A DNA stretch of 64,000 nt from Fibrobacteria bacterium (GCA_035275285.1 DATENA010000338.1:5875-69874); one strand, 5' to 3'. Numbered from the stretch's first letter, positions 1-12,691 are shown. Numbers and translations are program-made. The notes: a model not told the origin generated them from the sequence alone.

Positions 1-117
1 TCCGGAAGGGGCTGAAAAAGGGGAGACTCTCTTCACGCACTCGGGAGGGAGTGCCGGCTTCGGCTGGGGCGGTACGTCCACCACCCGGATCCTGCCCGGG
101 AGCGCGGGCGATGGCGG

Positions 118-152
118 TATGTGAAAAGGGCGCCTCCGGGAGGCGCCCTTTT
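118..152. terminator. GC-rich perfect hairpin (AAAGGGCGCCTCC-GG-GGAGGCGCCCTTT) with flanking T/A run; terminator for the minus-strand HU/IHF gene
   Basis: Inverted repeat read directly from the sequence immediately 3' of the 160..531 minus-strand CDS, followed by TTTTCA on the transcribed strand. Confidence 0.6.
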
Positions 153-159
153 CAGGGCC

Positions 160-531
160 TTATCTTCCGGCCAGGGAGGAAGTGTCGGCCCGCACGTTGG
201 AGACCGACGCCTGGGCGGATTGGGACAGGACCTCGGTCAGCTCCGGAACGTCCCGGATCTGAGTCTTCATGTCCGCTGAAAACCGGAACAGGGCCACCTT
301 GCGACGCCCCAGGGGGCAAATTTCCCCGGTGCGGGGGTTCCGGGCGGGCCGGGGCTTGCGGACCTTCGTGTAGAAGGTGCCGAATCCTCGTATCTCGATG
401 GTCTTTTCCTGGGCCAAGTATTCGCCGACCAGCCGCATAAACTGCTCGGCGACTTCCTTGATTTCCAGTTGAGGATGACCGCTTGATTTGGCCGCTTCCT
501 GAACCAGGTCCTGCTTGGTCACATTCTTCAA
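160..531 (-). CDS. HU/IHF-family nucleoid-associated DNA-binding protein
   Basis: Translation MKNVTKQDLVQEAA...IEIRGFGTFYTKVRKPRPARNPRTGE..V.L..RRKVALFRFSADMK is the canonical HU/IHF fold signature (beta-arm RNPRTGE). Confidence 0.8.
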   Translation of the reverse strand: MKNVTKQDLVQEAAKSSGHPQLEIKEVAEQFMRLVGEYLAQEKTIEIRGFGTFYTKVRKPRPARNPRTGEICPLGRRKVALFRFSADMKTQIRDVPELTEVLSQSAQASVSNVRADTSSLAGR

Positions 532-720
532 ATTAACCTCCTCAACCGCTAGATGTTGTGGTTAACACCCTGAAGATAACAACGGACGGTGGAGACTTGC
601 AAGCCTATTTTGAGGAATTTTACGGAAGGTCGGGTTCAGGGAAAACCCCCGCAGGCCCGACCGTTGCGGGCGCGGGCGGGAGGGGATGCTTTCAACCGTC
701 AAAGATGGAGCGGACGGCAT

Positions 721-1089
721 TCACAGGGATTGGGTTTCCGCGTTCATGGAGGCCATGCTCTGCGGCAGGCGGTGATCGGGGCCGTAGGAAAGGATTTTCG
801 AGCACACCGTTTCGCAATCGGACCGGGTGCCGTAGAACACGATCGTCCTTCCCGTCATGTCCACTTCCACCGCGCAACGGAACGCGTTTTCGCGTGACAG
901 TTTGCACGCGGCGGTGAGCATCTCGACGACGTAATCATAGGTGTGCTCCTCATCATTGAAAAGCACGACCTTCCAGTTCAGGGCGGGTTTGGCGAGGGTC
1001 TCGGTGCCGGTTTCGCCTTCTTCCTGGGGGGACGTTTTGCCGGGCTCGTCGCTCATCGCGCCCTCTTCCCCCGCCTTTTCGCGGGTCAT
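721..1089 (-). CDS. clpS: ATP-dependent Clp protease adaptor ClpS
   Basis: Translation contains ...KVVLFNDEEHTYDYVVEMLTAACKLSRENAFRCAVEVDMTGRTIVFYGTRSDCETVCSKI, typical ClpS core. Start may be the downstream Met (MSDEP). Confidence 0.85.
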   Translation of the reverse strand: MTREKAGEEGAMSDEPGKTSPQEEGETGTETLAKPALNWKVVLFNDEEHTYDYVVEMLTAACKLSRENAFRCAVEVDMTGRTIVFYGTRSDCETVCSKILSYGPDHRLPQSMASMNAETQSL

Positions 1090-1592
1090 TTCTCCATGAC
1101 CTTTCCCCAGAAATATTCCCAGGCCGACTGCTGTTCCCCCGGCCCGAAATGGTGCTTGCTGCGGAACGCCCCGTCCAGGTACTCGTTGATGGTGTCGATG
1201 GTCTGCCGCAGGAAGAACCCCTGGCGGCTCTGCACGAAGGCGAGATCGTCGAAGGTGTGGGTGGGCAGGTAGACTTCCAGGGGGTTGAAGTTCTCCCCTT
1301 CCTGGACGTTGGAGAGGACCACTTTCAGATAGCGGGAGAAGAAGGCGTCCACCAGGGCACGGTTCTCCTCCTCGTGATCCCCCATGAGCTTTTCGAAGAG
1401 GCGATCGCCCGATTCGGAACTCTTCAAGAGCTGTACGAACAGGCCCAGGGCCGAGTCGTCCACCTTTTGCGAGAGCTGGAGCAGCTCATGCGAGCTGAGG
1501 CGGTTGAGCTCCTCGGTCTTGCGGAACCCCGGCCCTTCCACGAGCCCGGACAGGTAGATCAGCATCATCTTTTCGTAGTCTTCGGAGAGCAT
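1086..1592 (-). CDS. hypothetical protein (168 aa), co-transcribed with clpS by ATGA overlap
   Basis: Intact ORF whose stop overlaps the clpS start codon by 4 nt. No recognisable motif. Confidence 0.5.
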   Translation of the reverse strand: MLSEDYEKMMLIYLSGLVEGPGFRKTEELNRLSSHELLQLSQKVDDSALGLFVQLLKSSESGDRLFEKLMGDHEEENRALVDAFFSRYLKVVLSNVQEGENFNPLEVYLPTHTFDDLAFVQSRQGFFLRQTIDTINEYLDGAFRSKHHFGPGEQQSAWEYFWGKVMEK

Positions 1593-1739
1593 AAGAGGCT
1601 GACGCTCCGGGCTTGAGTTTAAACGCCCTGCGCCGCGATGAGGCGTCTTTGCACGTTTTTTAATATAACTATTGGCCCATCCCTGAGCGGCGGTCTTTCT
1701 TTGATTACTGCCATTCTTGGCGGCACCAGGATTGCTTGT

Positions 1740-3149
1740 TCATATTCCCGCCACCAGCTTCTTGAAGGCTTTTCCCCGTTCCTTGTAGTTTTCGAACATC
1801 CCGAAGGAGGCGCAGGCGGGCGACAGGGCGATGGCGCCCTTCCCAATCTCGGCCATGAGGAATTCCACGGCCGTTTCCAGGCTGGGGCATTGGCGCAAGG
1901 TCCGCGCCCCGGAGGCGTCCGGGAACCCGGCCGAGGCGTCTGCAAAGCCGGCCGAGGCCAGTTCTTCCCGGAGGCGGTCGGCCGTCTGGCCGATCAGGGC
2001 GATGGCCCGCACGTGGCCCGCGGCGGCGATGGCGGAGGCCAGTTCCGAAAAGTCCGCGTGCTTTTCCGACCCCCCCAGGATCAGCCCCAGGGGAGCTTCC
2101 CGCAGGGCCTGCACCGCGCCGAGGGTGGCTTCCGGCCGCGTGGCGTAAGAATCGTTGTAAAAGGATACGCCGTTGCGATCGCGCACGAATTCCAGGCGGT
2201 GTTCCAGGCCGCGGAAGGCCATGGCCGCGGCCACCACGTGCCGGGGCTCGGCTCCCGCTTCCAGGGCCAGGATCCCGGCCGCGGCGATGTTCTCCAGGTT
2301 GAACCGGCCCTTGAGGCGCGTCGCGGCCAGGGGGACGGCGAACTTGAGGCCGGTCCAGCGCGCCTCCTTGTCGTCGATGACCACTTCGCTCGCGGCTCCG
2401 CCGGTTCCGAAGGAGCCGCTGGAGCCGTAGGCGGTTTTGCGGGCGGGGCTCCGGCCGGCTATCCAGGCGCTGCCTTCGGCGTCCGCGCAGTAGGCGAGCG
2501 CGTCCCCGGGCGCTTGGTGCGCGGCCAGGTTGGCCTTGTGCAGCCAGTATTCGTCCCGGGTGGGATGCCAATCGAGGTGTTCGGTGGTGGTGCGCAGGAC
2601 CGCGGCCAGGGCGGGGCTTTGCGCCAGGGTGGAGAGCTGGAAGCTGGACAGCTCCAGGATCAGCTTCCCGCCCGGAGGCAGGGAAGAGGCCAGATCCAGG
2701 GCCGGAACTCCGATGTTACCCCCCAGGCCGGCGGGGATCTCCGCTTCCTCCAGCATGGCGTGGAGCAGGGAGCAGCAAGTGCCTTTGCCGACCGTGCCCG
2801 TAACCCCGATGATGCGTTCGCGCCCGGCCAGGGCGAAAGCCAGTCCCGTTTGCGAAGTGAGAACGCCGCCGTTGCGGATGAACGCGGCGAGGGCGGGGAG
2901 ATCCGGCCGCACGCCCGCGGAACGGAACACGGTGCGCATGCCGGCGAGGCCGGCGAGATAGTCCCCGGAGCCGGGAGCCGCCGCGTACCGCAAGCGCGGG
3001 TCGAGATGCGTAGGCTGCTTGCGATCGAATACGGTGATGTCCGCGAAGCCCCGATCGAGGAGGTAACGGCACGTGCTGGCGCCTTCCACTCCATATCCCA
3101 GCACTCCGATGGGTGGCTCGATTTCCGGTTGCGCCTGTTCCTGGATCAT
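1740..3149 (-). CDS. murD: UDP-N-acetylmuramoylalanine--D-glutamate ligase (MurD-type Mur ligase)
   Basis: N-terminal Rossmann IGVLGYGVEGAS..., P-loop GVTGTVGKGT, Mur ligase middle and C-terminal regions. Start set at the internal Met (MIQEQ) rather than the track's 3260, because the upstream part is low-complexity. Confidence 0.8.
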   Translation of the reverse strand: MIQEQAQPEIEPPIGVLGYGVEGASTCRYLLDRGFADITVFDRKQPTHLDPRLRYAAAPGSGDYLAGLAGMRTVFRSAGVRPDLPALAAFIRNGGVLTSQTGLAFALAGRERIIGVTGTVGKGTCCSLLHAMLEEAEIPAGLGGNIGVPALDLASSLPPGGKLILELSSFQLSTLAQSPALAAVLRTTTEHLDWHPTRDEYWLHKANLAAHQAPGDALAYCADAEGSAWIAGRSPARKTAYGSSGSFGTGGAASEVVIDDKEARWTGLKFAVPLAATRLKGRFNLENIAAAGILALEAGAEPRHVVAAAMAFRGLEHRLEFVRDRNGVSFYNDSYATRPEATLGAVQALREAPLGLILGGSEKHADFSELASAIAAAGHVRAIALIGQTADRLREELASAGFADASAGFPDASGARTLRQCPSLETAVEFLMAEIGKGAIALSPACASFGMFENYKERGKAFKKLVAGI

Positions 3150-3376
3150 CCGTTCCGCCGCCCCTGTCCGGCAAAGGGCGCACCGCGCGCCGTTCGCCGA
3201 GGGAAACCGCTTTCGAGGGCAAAAATAGCAACCCCCGCGGGTTGGAGCCCCAAATCCCAAATTTTATATTCACAATCGTTTTTCGGATACACGATCCGGC
3301 CGCCGGCCGGAGGATCTGCGGACCCGGTGGAGTACGGCGCGCTTTTCAGGCGCGGGTGCCGCCGCCGGGCCGGAGA

Positions 3377-4085
3377 AGGAGAGCCGATGAAAAACGACCT
3401 GATGCTGCTCACCCTGCTGTACGCGGTGGCTTTCACTGCCTTCATAGGCGCCATCAATTCGCGGGGGCCGGCGCGCGTCGCCCTTTCCTACTTCCTGGCC
3501 ATCCTCACGCTCTGCGCGGCGGTTTTCCATACCAGCCAGTTCCTGGCCGGGGACGGGCTGCACGGGGACGATGCCGTGGTGGTCGCGCCGCCTCCGCAGC
3601 CCCTGGCGCCTCCCGAGCCCGTGGCGCCCCCGCCCCCGGACACCGCCGCCCTGGCCGCCTCCCAGAACGAAGCCGCCATCGCCGAAGGCAAGAACGAACT
3701 CAAGGGAGTCCTGGAGGCCGCGCGCCGCGTGGCCCGCAGCATGTCCTCCCTGAGCCTGGGCGCCGTGGCGGACATCTCGGACGAGGAATACGAGTCCCTG
3801 CAGAACCGGGCCGTGGGATACCTGGCCGAGGCCCGCCGCGCCAAGGACCGGCTCGCCGCCGCCGCCTCCAAAATCCCGCCCCAATTGAAGGACCCGCAGG
3901 ATCAATTGGCCAAGGGGCTGGAATCGCTGGTCTCCTCCGCGTACAACGCCGAGCGTTTTTTCAAATCGGAAAACGACACCGAAGAGAAACAGCATGCCGC
4001 GGCCTTCCGCAAGGGCCTGCAGGACGCCAATGCTTCGTTCAAGAAAGCCGGGACCGCGCTCGGTTCCGAGGAAGCCGGGGAATGA
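3377..4085 (+). CDS. hypothetical membrane protein (236 aa) with Pro/Ala-rich linker and coiled-coil-like C-terminus
   Basis: Start at MKNDLMLL. Has 2-3 hydrophobic helices, then a PPPQPLAPPEPVAPPPP linker. The upstream part of the 1638..4085 ORF is antisense to murD and was rejected. Confidence 0.5.
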
Positions 4086-4137
4086 CTTCCGCGGCCGTCA
4101 GGACTCACAGCCCGCAGCGCGGGCATATTAGGAGGAC

Positions 4138-4515
4138 ATGATGTCCCTTGTTCCGGATGGTTTGAAGTACACCAAGGATCACGAATGGGCGAAGCTCGAA
4201 GGCGCCGTCGCAACCGTCGGCGTCACCGACCACGCCCAACGGGAGCTCGGTGACATCGTCTTCGTGGAATTGCCCAAGGTCGGCGCGAACGTCCAATCGG
4301 GCAAAAGCTTCGGCACCATCGAAGCGGTGAAGACCGTGGCCGAACTGTACGCTCCGGTAACCGGCACGATCACGGAAGTCAACACCGCCCTTTCGGCCGA
4401 CGCCGGGGTGATCAACCAGGATCCCTACGGGACCGGCTGGATCATCAAGGTGAAGGTGGACAAGCCTACCGAAGAAGGCTTGATGGAGCCGGCGGCCTAT
4501 AAAGCCTTGATCTGA
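4138..4515 (+). CDS. gcvH: glycine cleavage system H protein
   Basis: KYTKDHEWAKLEG...VGVTDHAQ..LGDIVFVELP.VG.....G..FG.IEAVK is the lipoyl-lysine motif of GcvH. Confidence 0.9.
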   Translation: MMSLVPDGLKYTKDHEWAKLEGAVATVGVTDHAQRELGDIVFVELPKVGANVQSGKSFGTIEAVKTVAELYAPVTGTITEVNTALSADAGVINQDPYGTGWIIKVKVDKPTEEGLMEPAAYKALI

Positions 4516-4517
4516 TG

Positions 4518-4556
4518 GCCTGAGCGCGCCTGGGGGGCCGGGTGGCTCAGGGCGCG
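4518..4556. terminator. bidirectional hairpin between convergent gcvH and gcvP
   Basis: AGCGCGCC ... GGCGCGCT, an 8-bp GC stem with a roughly 20-nt loop, in the 120-bp convergent intergenic gap. Confidence 0.45.
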
Positions 4557-4635
4557 CTTTCCGGCGACGGCAGCCTGGGGCGGTTCCCCGCCGCCCGATA
4601 TCGGGAGAGAATGGGACGGCGGGCCGGGAAACGGT

Positions 4636-7539
<2,904 letters not shown>

Positions 7540-7703
7540 CTGTGTGCAAAACCCCTATTGTCCGGTCGGGGATAGGCCCCCGTACGGTTGGGAGCACCGG
7601 GAACAATTTTACTAATTTTCGTGCGATACCTACAGTCATGGGCCCGGCCGGCGCAAGACGACGGTGGCGGTTGCGGGACTTCAATGCGCAAAGGGAATGG
7701 ATT

Positions 7704-8711
7704 ATGGGAATCAAGGTCGCGATAATGGGCGCCACCGGGGCGGTGGGAACGGAACTTTTGGACATCCTCGCCGATCGGAAATTCCCGATTTCCGAGCTGA
7801 GGCTGCTGGCTTCCGCCCGTTCCGCCGGAAAAACCCTGCAATTCCAGGACGAGGATATCAAGGTCCGGGAATTGACCCATGATTCCTTCAAGGGCATCGA
7901 TTTGGTGCTGGCCTCCGCCGGCGGCAAGATCAGCAAGGAATTCGCGCCCTCGGCCGTAAAAGCGGGCGCCGCGGTGGTGGACAACACCTCCCATTTCCGC
8001 ATGACGGAAGGGGTGCCGCTGGTGATCCCGGAGATCAATCCCGAGGACATCTTCAAACACAAGGGCATCATCGCCAATCCCAATTGCTCCACCATCATCA
8101 TGGCCCTGCCCCTGTGGCCGTTGCACAAGCGTTACAAGATCAAGCGCATCGTGGCCGCCACCTACCAGGCCGCCAGCGGCGCCGGCGCCGTGGCCATGGA
8201 CGAACTGGTGAGCGAAACCGCCGCCTACCTCAAGGGGGAGGAGTTCAACCGCACCGTGATCCCCCATCCCTATGCCTTCAATCTCTTCCCCCACAACTCG
8301 CCCATGACCGAGAGCGGGTATTGCGAGGAAGAGATCAAGATGGTCAAGGAAACCCGCAAGATCTTCCACGACGAGGCGATCCGCGTGACCGCGACCTGCG
8401 TGCGCGTGCCCGTGCTGCGCGCCCATTCGGAGGCCCTCAACGTGGAGTTCGAGCAGGAACCGGACCTCGAAGAGGTTTACAAGCTCCTGGCGGCCGCGGA
8501 AGGCGTGGAGGTGATGGAAGACCGCGCCAAGAACCGCTGGCCCATGCCCCTGGACGCCTCCGGCCGTGACCCGGTGCTGGTGGGCCGCGTGCGCAGGGAC
8601 GATACCCAACCCAGGACCCTGGACATCTGGGTGGTGGGGGACCAGATACGGAAGGGGGCGGCGTTGAACGCGGTGCAGATTGCGGAGAAGCTGTTCAAGA
8701 CAGGGAAATAA
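7704..8711 (+). CDS. asd: aspartate-semialdehyde dehydrogenase
   Basis: MGIKVAIMGATGAVG NAD-binding N-terminus, catalytic Cys in NPNCSTI, and Asd dimerisation domain. Start chosen at the internal Met of the 7542 ORF. Confidence 0.9.
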   Translation: MGIKVAIMGATGAVGTELLDILADRKFPISELRLLASARSAGKTLQFQDEDIKVRELTHDSFKGIDLVLASAGGKISKEFAPSAVKAGAAVVDNTSHFRMTEGVPLVIPEINPEDIFKHKGIIANPNCSTIIMALPLWPLHKRYKIKRIVAATYQAASGAGAVAMDELVSETAAYLKGEEFNRTVIPHPYAFNLFPHNSPMTESGYCEEEIKMVKETRKIFHDEAIRVTATCVRVPVLRAHSEALNVEFEQEPDLEEVYKLLAAAEGVEVMEDRAKNRWPMPLDASGRDPVLVGRVRRDDTQPRTLDIWVVGDQIRKGAALNAVQIAEKLFKTGK

Positions 8712-8824
8712 GAAGCGGACGGAGAGACGGCTCCGGAGGCAGACGCCGGAGCACATTTCATGTGCATCCCGTCGGGGGTACAGGCTTATCCCCCGCCGCC
8801 GCGGCTTCGCCCTTCGGAGTCGGG

Positions 8825-8889
8825 GGTCAAGAAAAGAAGAATCCAGCCATTCTTCTTTTCTTAACTCCCGACCCCCGACTCCCTACTCC
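8825..8889. terminator. long imperfect inverted repeat downstream of asd (GAGTCGGGGGTC..AAGAAAAGAAGAAT / ATTCTTCTTTTCTT..GACCCCCGACTC)
   Basis: A 26/33-nt arm pairing with a 6-nt loop, read directly from the sequence. Probable terminator or REP-like hairpin. Confidence 0.4.
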
Positions 8890-8995
8890 CGACGGGACGC
8901 CGCCCCGAGCACCATCACGTCGGATTCCACCCCCCCTTGCCCGATCGCCTCTTAGTCTTATTGCCCCCCGCGTTCCGAAACGCTATACTCCCCCC

Positions 8996-9211
8996 ATGTC
9001 CATCATCCTCGGCCTCTTCATTTTCGTCCTCGGCCTGTATTTCCTGAGCCTGTTCTTCCAGGTGGCCCGGCTGGAAAAGGTCATGTCGGAATCGGTGACT
9101 TTGCTGGAGCGCTACATGATCCTGAAATACTCCCTGGGAGACAAGAAAGCCGCGGCCGAAGACGGGGACGCAATCGCAAATCCGGAACCTCATTCTCCAA
9201 AACCAGGCTGA
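8996..9211 (+). CDS. small hypothetical membrane protein (71 aa)
   Basis: MSIILGLFIFVLGLYFLSLFF.. is a single TM helix. It sits just before the low-GC island and its codon usage is intermediate. Confidence 0.35.
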   Translation: MSIILGLFIFVLGLYFLSLFFQVARLEKVMSESVTLLERYMILKYSLGDKKAAAEDGDAIANPEPHSPKPG

Positions 9212-9289
9212 GCACCGCATCACTGTATTTCCGTGACGGCCATCCGGAAAAGAATCGACCTTTTCTGAACTCCGAAATAACTTATTGTC

Positions 9290-10207
9290 GTGACAAAAAT
9301 TAAGTTTCGAAAACGCTTCATAAGATTAGCGCGATCACCTCTCACTTATGTGGAATGGCTTGGTTCCACAATTGCGACGGCTCTCGGAACTGTTTCGGCA
9401 ATATACGGTCTCCTTCCAGCCGAACGGGACAAGGTTATTTTATGGCTAGTCGGTGCGCTTGTCTTTTTTGCGCTCATCAACCTAGCCCTCATCACTCTTT
9501 TTAATGCTTACAAGGTGAGATATCGTCGGGGTCAGCGAACTTATGAAGCAATTCATCGTATTGTAGAGGAAGCGCGAAATTGCCGTAACACCCTGACATC
9601 TGAGAACTGTAACCGAGCCATTCGCGAGATATGTTTCAATCATATCGCCAAGGTGCTCGGTGATTTTTTTGGTCCCACGCCAAAAATCACATTAAAATAT
9701 GTTCAAAACGATCTGCTTCAATCAATGAGGTCAGGGGACCAATTCGGACGGCTTACCACACCAGAAAAGGTGAAGGAAAACGAAGTCTTTGAAAAATTGG
9801 TCAAGCATCCCGATAAATTCGGCGCTCTTTACATAAAGGATATCCGAGATAAACAGGAAGTTTCGCAAATATTCGGAGTCGAGGGCGAGCGCCTCGGACA
9901 ACGTGCCGAAGGCAAATATCGTACATTTATGGCCATTCCCCTTCGTTCCTCAAGATATCAGGATGGACCATTGCCGGTTAAGAACACAATTGGTATGTTA
10001 GGCTTCGATTCTATGAAGCCTGGGTCCTTTGAGGATCTTGAAGAAGAAGATTATCAGGCGCTTTATGCCATCGTAGACATTCTCTCGGAATGCGTTATAT
10101 ACTGGCAGCACAACTCTGGAGCGAATAATGGAGAGTCCCAAAGCGGCGGCAACGGTCAGCTACAACCTGACTCTGCCCGAGAGCAAAGTCCTTCTGGCGT
10201 TCTTTGA
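9290..10207 (+). CDS. N-terminal 2-TM membrane anchor with about 230-aa cytoplasmic GAF-like domain; encoded in an AT-rich island
   Basis: Two hydrophobic helices (residues ~22-45 and ~50-72), then a domain ending ...TFMAIPL..GPLPVKNTIGMLGFDS...YQALYAIVDILSECVIYW, reminiscent of a GAF fold. Local GC is far below the flanks. Confidence 0.6.
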   Translation: MTKIKFRKRFIRLARSPLTYVEWLGSTIATALGTVSAIYGLLPAERDKVILWLVGALVFFALINLALITLFNAYKVRYRRGQRTYEAIHRIVEEARNCRNTLTSENCNRAIREICFNHIAKVLGDFFGPTPKITLKYVQNDLLQSMRSGDQFGRLTTPEKVKENEVFEKLVKHPDKFGALYIKDIRDKQEVSQIFGVEGERLGQRAEGKYRTFMAIPLRSSRYQDGPLPVKNTIGMLGFDSMKPGSFEDLEEEDYQALYAIVDILSECVIYWQHNSGANNGESQSGGNGQLQPDSAREQSPSGVL

Positions 10208-10358
10208 GGAAAAGGCCGATGAGTTCAGGAAAATGATGGCTCATGGTCCCATCTCGATTGAAATGCAATCTGGAAAGATCATTTCCATTTTCACCTATAG
10301 TGATTTTCTGGATTGCTTGGTTCAATTGCGCTCTGGCGCCACTTCTATAAAGCTGTAA
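10128..10358 (+). CDS. small protein, possible YezD/DUF2292-like (start 10128 or 10233)
   Basis: ...HGPISIEMQSGKIISIFTYSDF.. resembles the G.I.I..Q.GK.V.IE pattern of YezD-like small proteins. If the start is 10128 it overlaps the upstream gene by 80 nt in another frame. Same AT-rich island. Confidence 0.4.
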   Translation: MESPKAAATVSYNLTLPESKVLLAFFEEKADEFRKMMAHGPISIEMQSGKIISIFTYSDFLDCLVQLRSGATSIKL

Positions 10359-10488
10359 CTCTTCGAGATCTGCTCAGGGAACCGGCCTGAAGCGCCCCGT
10401 CGGCGGGCCTCGGCCGATGAGGCGCCGGGACGCGAAACGCCGTGTTCCCATTGTTTGTTAACTTTCCTCTCCGGAGGAGTCCCCGCTC

Positions 10489-11760
10489 ATGAAGAATCTG
10501 GTTTCCCATATCGGCCCGCTGCCGGTTGAACAATTGGCCAAGGATTTCGGCACGCCCGCCTTCATCTACGAAAAGGCCGTGATCGAGGCGCGCATCGCCG
10601 AACTGAAAGCGTTCGAGGTGATCCGTTTCGCCCAGAAGGCCTGTTCCAACCTGGCCATCCTCGCCTTGATGCGCAAGAACGGGGTGGTGGTGGACGCGGT
10701 TTCGGCCGGGGAAATCCACCGGGCCCTGAAAGCGGGCTACAAGGGGCATTCCGCCGAAGGCGGATCGGTTCCCGGGATCGTCTTCACCGCCGATCTGTTC
10801 GACGAGGACGCGGCCAAGATGATCAAAGAGCACCGCATTCCCGTGAACGTGGGATCGCCGGACATGATCGCCCAGCTCGGCAAGTTCCATCCGGGCGCGG
10901 AAGTGACCTTGCGCATCAACCCCGGCTTCGGCCACGGGCATTCCCGCAAGGTGAACACGGGCGGCAGCTATTCCAAGCACGGGATCTGGCATGCGGACCT
11001 GGAAGAGTGCCTGCGCTTGGGCGCGGAGGCGGGCGTGCACATCCAAGGCCTGCACATGCATATCGGCTCCGGAAGCGATTACCACCATCTGTCCACCGTG
11101 TGCGACGCGATGGTGAAGGCGGCCAAGCGCATGGGGCCCCAACTCAAGGTGATCAGCGCCGGCGGCGGCCTGCCCATTCCTTATCGCAAGGAGCAGGCGC
11201 GCATCGACATCGCCGCCTATCATGGGCTGTGGGACAAGGCCCGCAAGGCCATCGAAAAGGAGGTGGGCCATCCCGTGGCGCTGGAAGTGGAGCCGGGGCG
11301 CTACCTGGTCGCCGAATCCTGCTCCTTGCTGACCCAGATCCGGTCGGTGAAGAATTCCGGCGGCAACCGCTTCTACCTGGTGGACGCGGGCTTCGACACC
11401 CTGGTCCGGCCCGCCATGTACGGCGCGTACCACGAGATTTCCATCTGCCCGGCGGACGGCCGCACGGTGGACAATGCGCTCGACACCATCGTGGCCGGCC
11501 CCCTGTGCGAATCCGGGGACGTGTTCACCCAGGAAGAAGGCGGAGTGGTCACCACCCGCAAACTGCCCGAGGCGGTGGTGGGGGATTACCTGATCCTCCA
11601 CGATGCGGGCGCGTACGGCGCGGCCATGTCCTCGAACTACAATACCCGCAAACTGGCGGCGGAAGTCCTGATCCAAGAGCACGGGACGGACGTGATCCGG
11701 GAACGCCAGACATTCGACGCCATCCTGCAATTCGAGCGGGTGCCGGCGAACCTGTCCTGA
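10489..11760 (+). CDS. lysA: diaminopimelate decarboxylase
   Basis: The 423-aa translation has fold-III PLP decarboxylase motifs (..FAQKAC.N..., GGGLPIPY, ...CESGD...). It is syntenic with asd. Confidence 0.9.
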   Translation: MKNLVSHIGPLPVEQLAKDFGTPAFIYEKAVIEARIAELKAFEVIRFAQKACSNLAILALMRKNGVVVDAVSAGEIHRALKAGYKGHSAEGGSVPGIVFTADLFDEDAAKMIKEHRIPVNVGSPDMIAQLGKFHPGAEVTLRINPGFGHGHSRKVNTGGSYSKHGIWHADLEECLRLGAEAGVHIQGLHMHIGSGSDYHHLSTVCDAMVKAAKRMGPQLKVISAGGGLPIPYRKEQARIDIAAYHGLWDKARKAIEKEVGHPVALEVEPGRYLVAESCSLLTQIRSVKNSGGNRFYLVDAGFDTLVRPAMYGAYHEISICPADGRTVDNALDTIVAGPLCESGDVFTQEEGGVVTTRKLPEAVVGDYLILHDAGAYGAAMSSNYNTRKLAAEVLIQEHGTDVIRERQTFDAILQFERVPANLS

Positions 11761-12121
11761 CCCGCTTTCCCCGCCCGGTCCGGGAGGGGTCCAGTAACGG
11801 GTACGTTACCTGCAAGGCGGTTTTCCGGGGAAACGGCTTCCCGGCGCGCCGGAGGCCCCTTCGCATCCCCTGGCCGCTTCCCGTAACGCGCGGAGGACCG
11901 AGGCGCAAGCGGTTTCGTTTTTATTTGCACCCTCGCGTTTCTTGGGAGCCGGGGCCGGGGATTCCTCCGGCTCCCCCGGCAATTCTCCGGATTCCCGCAA
12001 CGGGAATCCGGGCGGTGGATCCATGCGCGGATCGGTGCGCATCCCCGGGCCGCTTCCGAAGGACCAAAGAGGGAGGAAAGTTCCCGTTGAGTTTTGCCCG
12101 CGGTTCCCTATTATAAGGTCC

Positions 12122-12514
12122 ATGCTCACCTTGACCATCACCTTCGCCGCCTTCTGCCTGATCCTGGGGCTCAGCTTCTACCGGAAATACGAGGCGCGCC
12201 TGCGCTCGGAAGCCCAGAACACCTTGCGCTACAGCCGCATCGCGGACTATTTCGGCCGCCCGATCCTGCTGACCTTCGAATACCGGCTGTATGAGAACCA
12301 GGCTCCCTCCCTGATGGAGGCCGACGTGGACGAAATCTACCATTACGGCCGCGATTATTTCCTCAAGGGCTATTCGCCCGACGGGAAGCGTTGCCGGATC
12401 TACAAGTGGAGCCGCATTTCCAATCCGCGGATCCGCTACGATGGACGATACCTGGATTCCCTGGAAGCCTTGTTCCTGGCGGCCGAGAATGGCGGTCCCC
12501 GGGCCGCGGCTTGA
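12122..12514 (+). CDS. hypothetical membrane-anchored protein (130 aa)
   Basis: Start at MLTLTITFAAFCLILGLSFY (TM helix). The rest of the 11942 ORF upstream is low-complexity. Confidence 0.4.
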   Translation: MLTLTITFAAFCLILGLSFYRKYEARLRSEAQNTLRYSRIADYFGRPILLTFEYRLYENQAPSLMEADVDEIYHYGRDYFLKGYSPDGKRCRIYKWSRISNPRIRYDGRYLDSLEALFLAAENGGPRAAA

Positions 12515-12691
12515 GCGGATTTTGGCAATGCCAAATCCAACCAAGTCGGGATAATAGTTGACAATCCCTTGACGCCGGCGCGGATTGGCGCCGAATCGAG
12601 GCGCTTGGTTTTGGGATCGTAAATTGCTTGTATCTCCCGTTACGGTACCGGGTAAAGGTACCCGGACCGGCGTCCCGGTCGAGGAGGGTCC

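Noticed and set aside
1638-3376. N-terminal 580 aa of the 815-aa plus-strand ORF
   Set aside because: It is antisense to murD and low-complexity. Only the last 236 aa, from MKNDLML, look like a real membrane protein.
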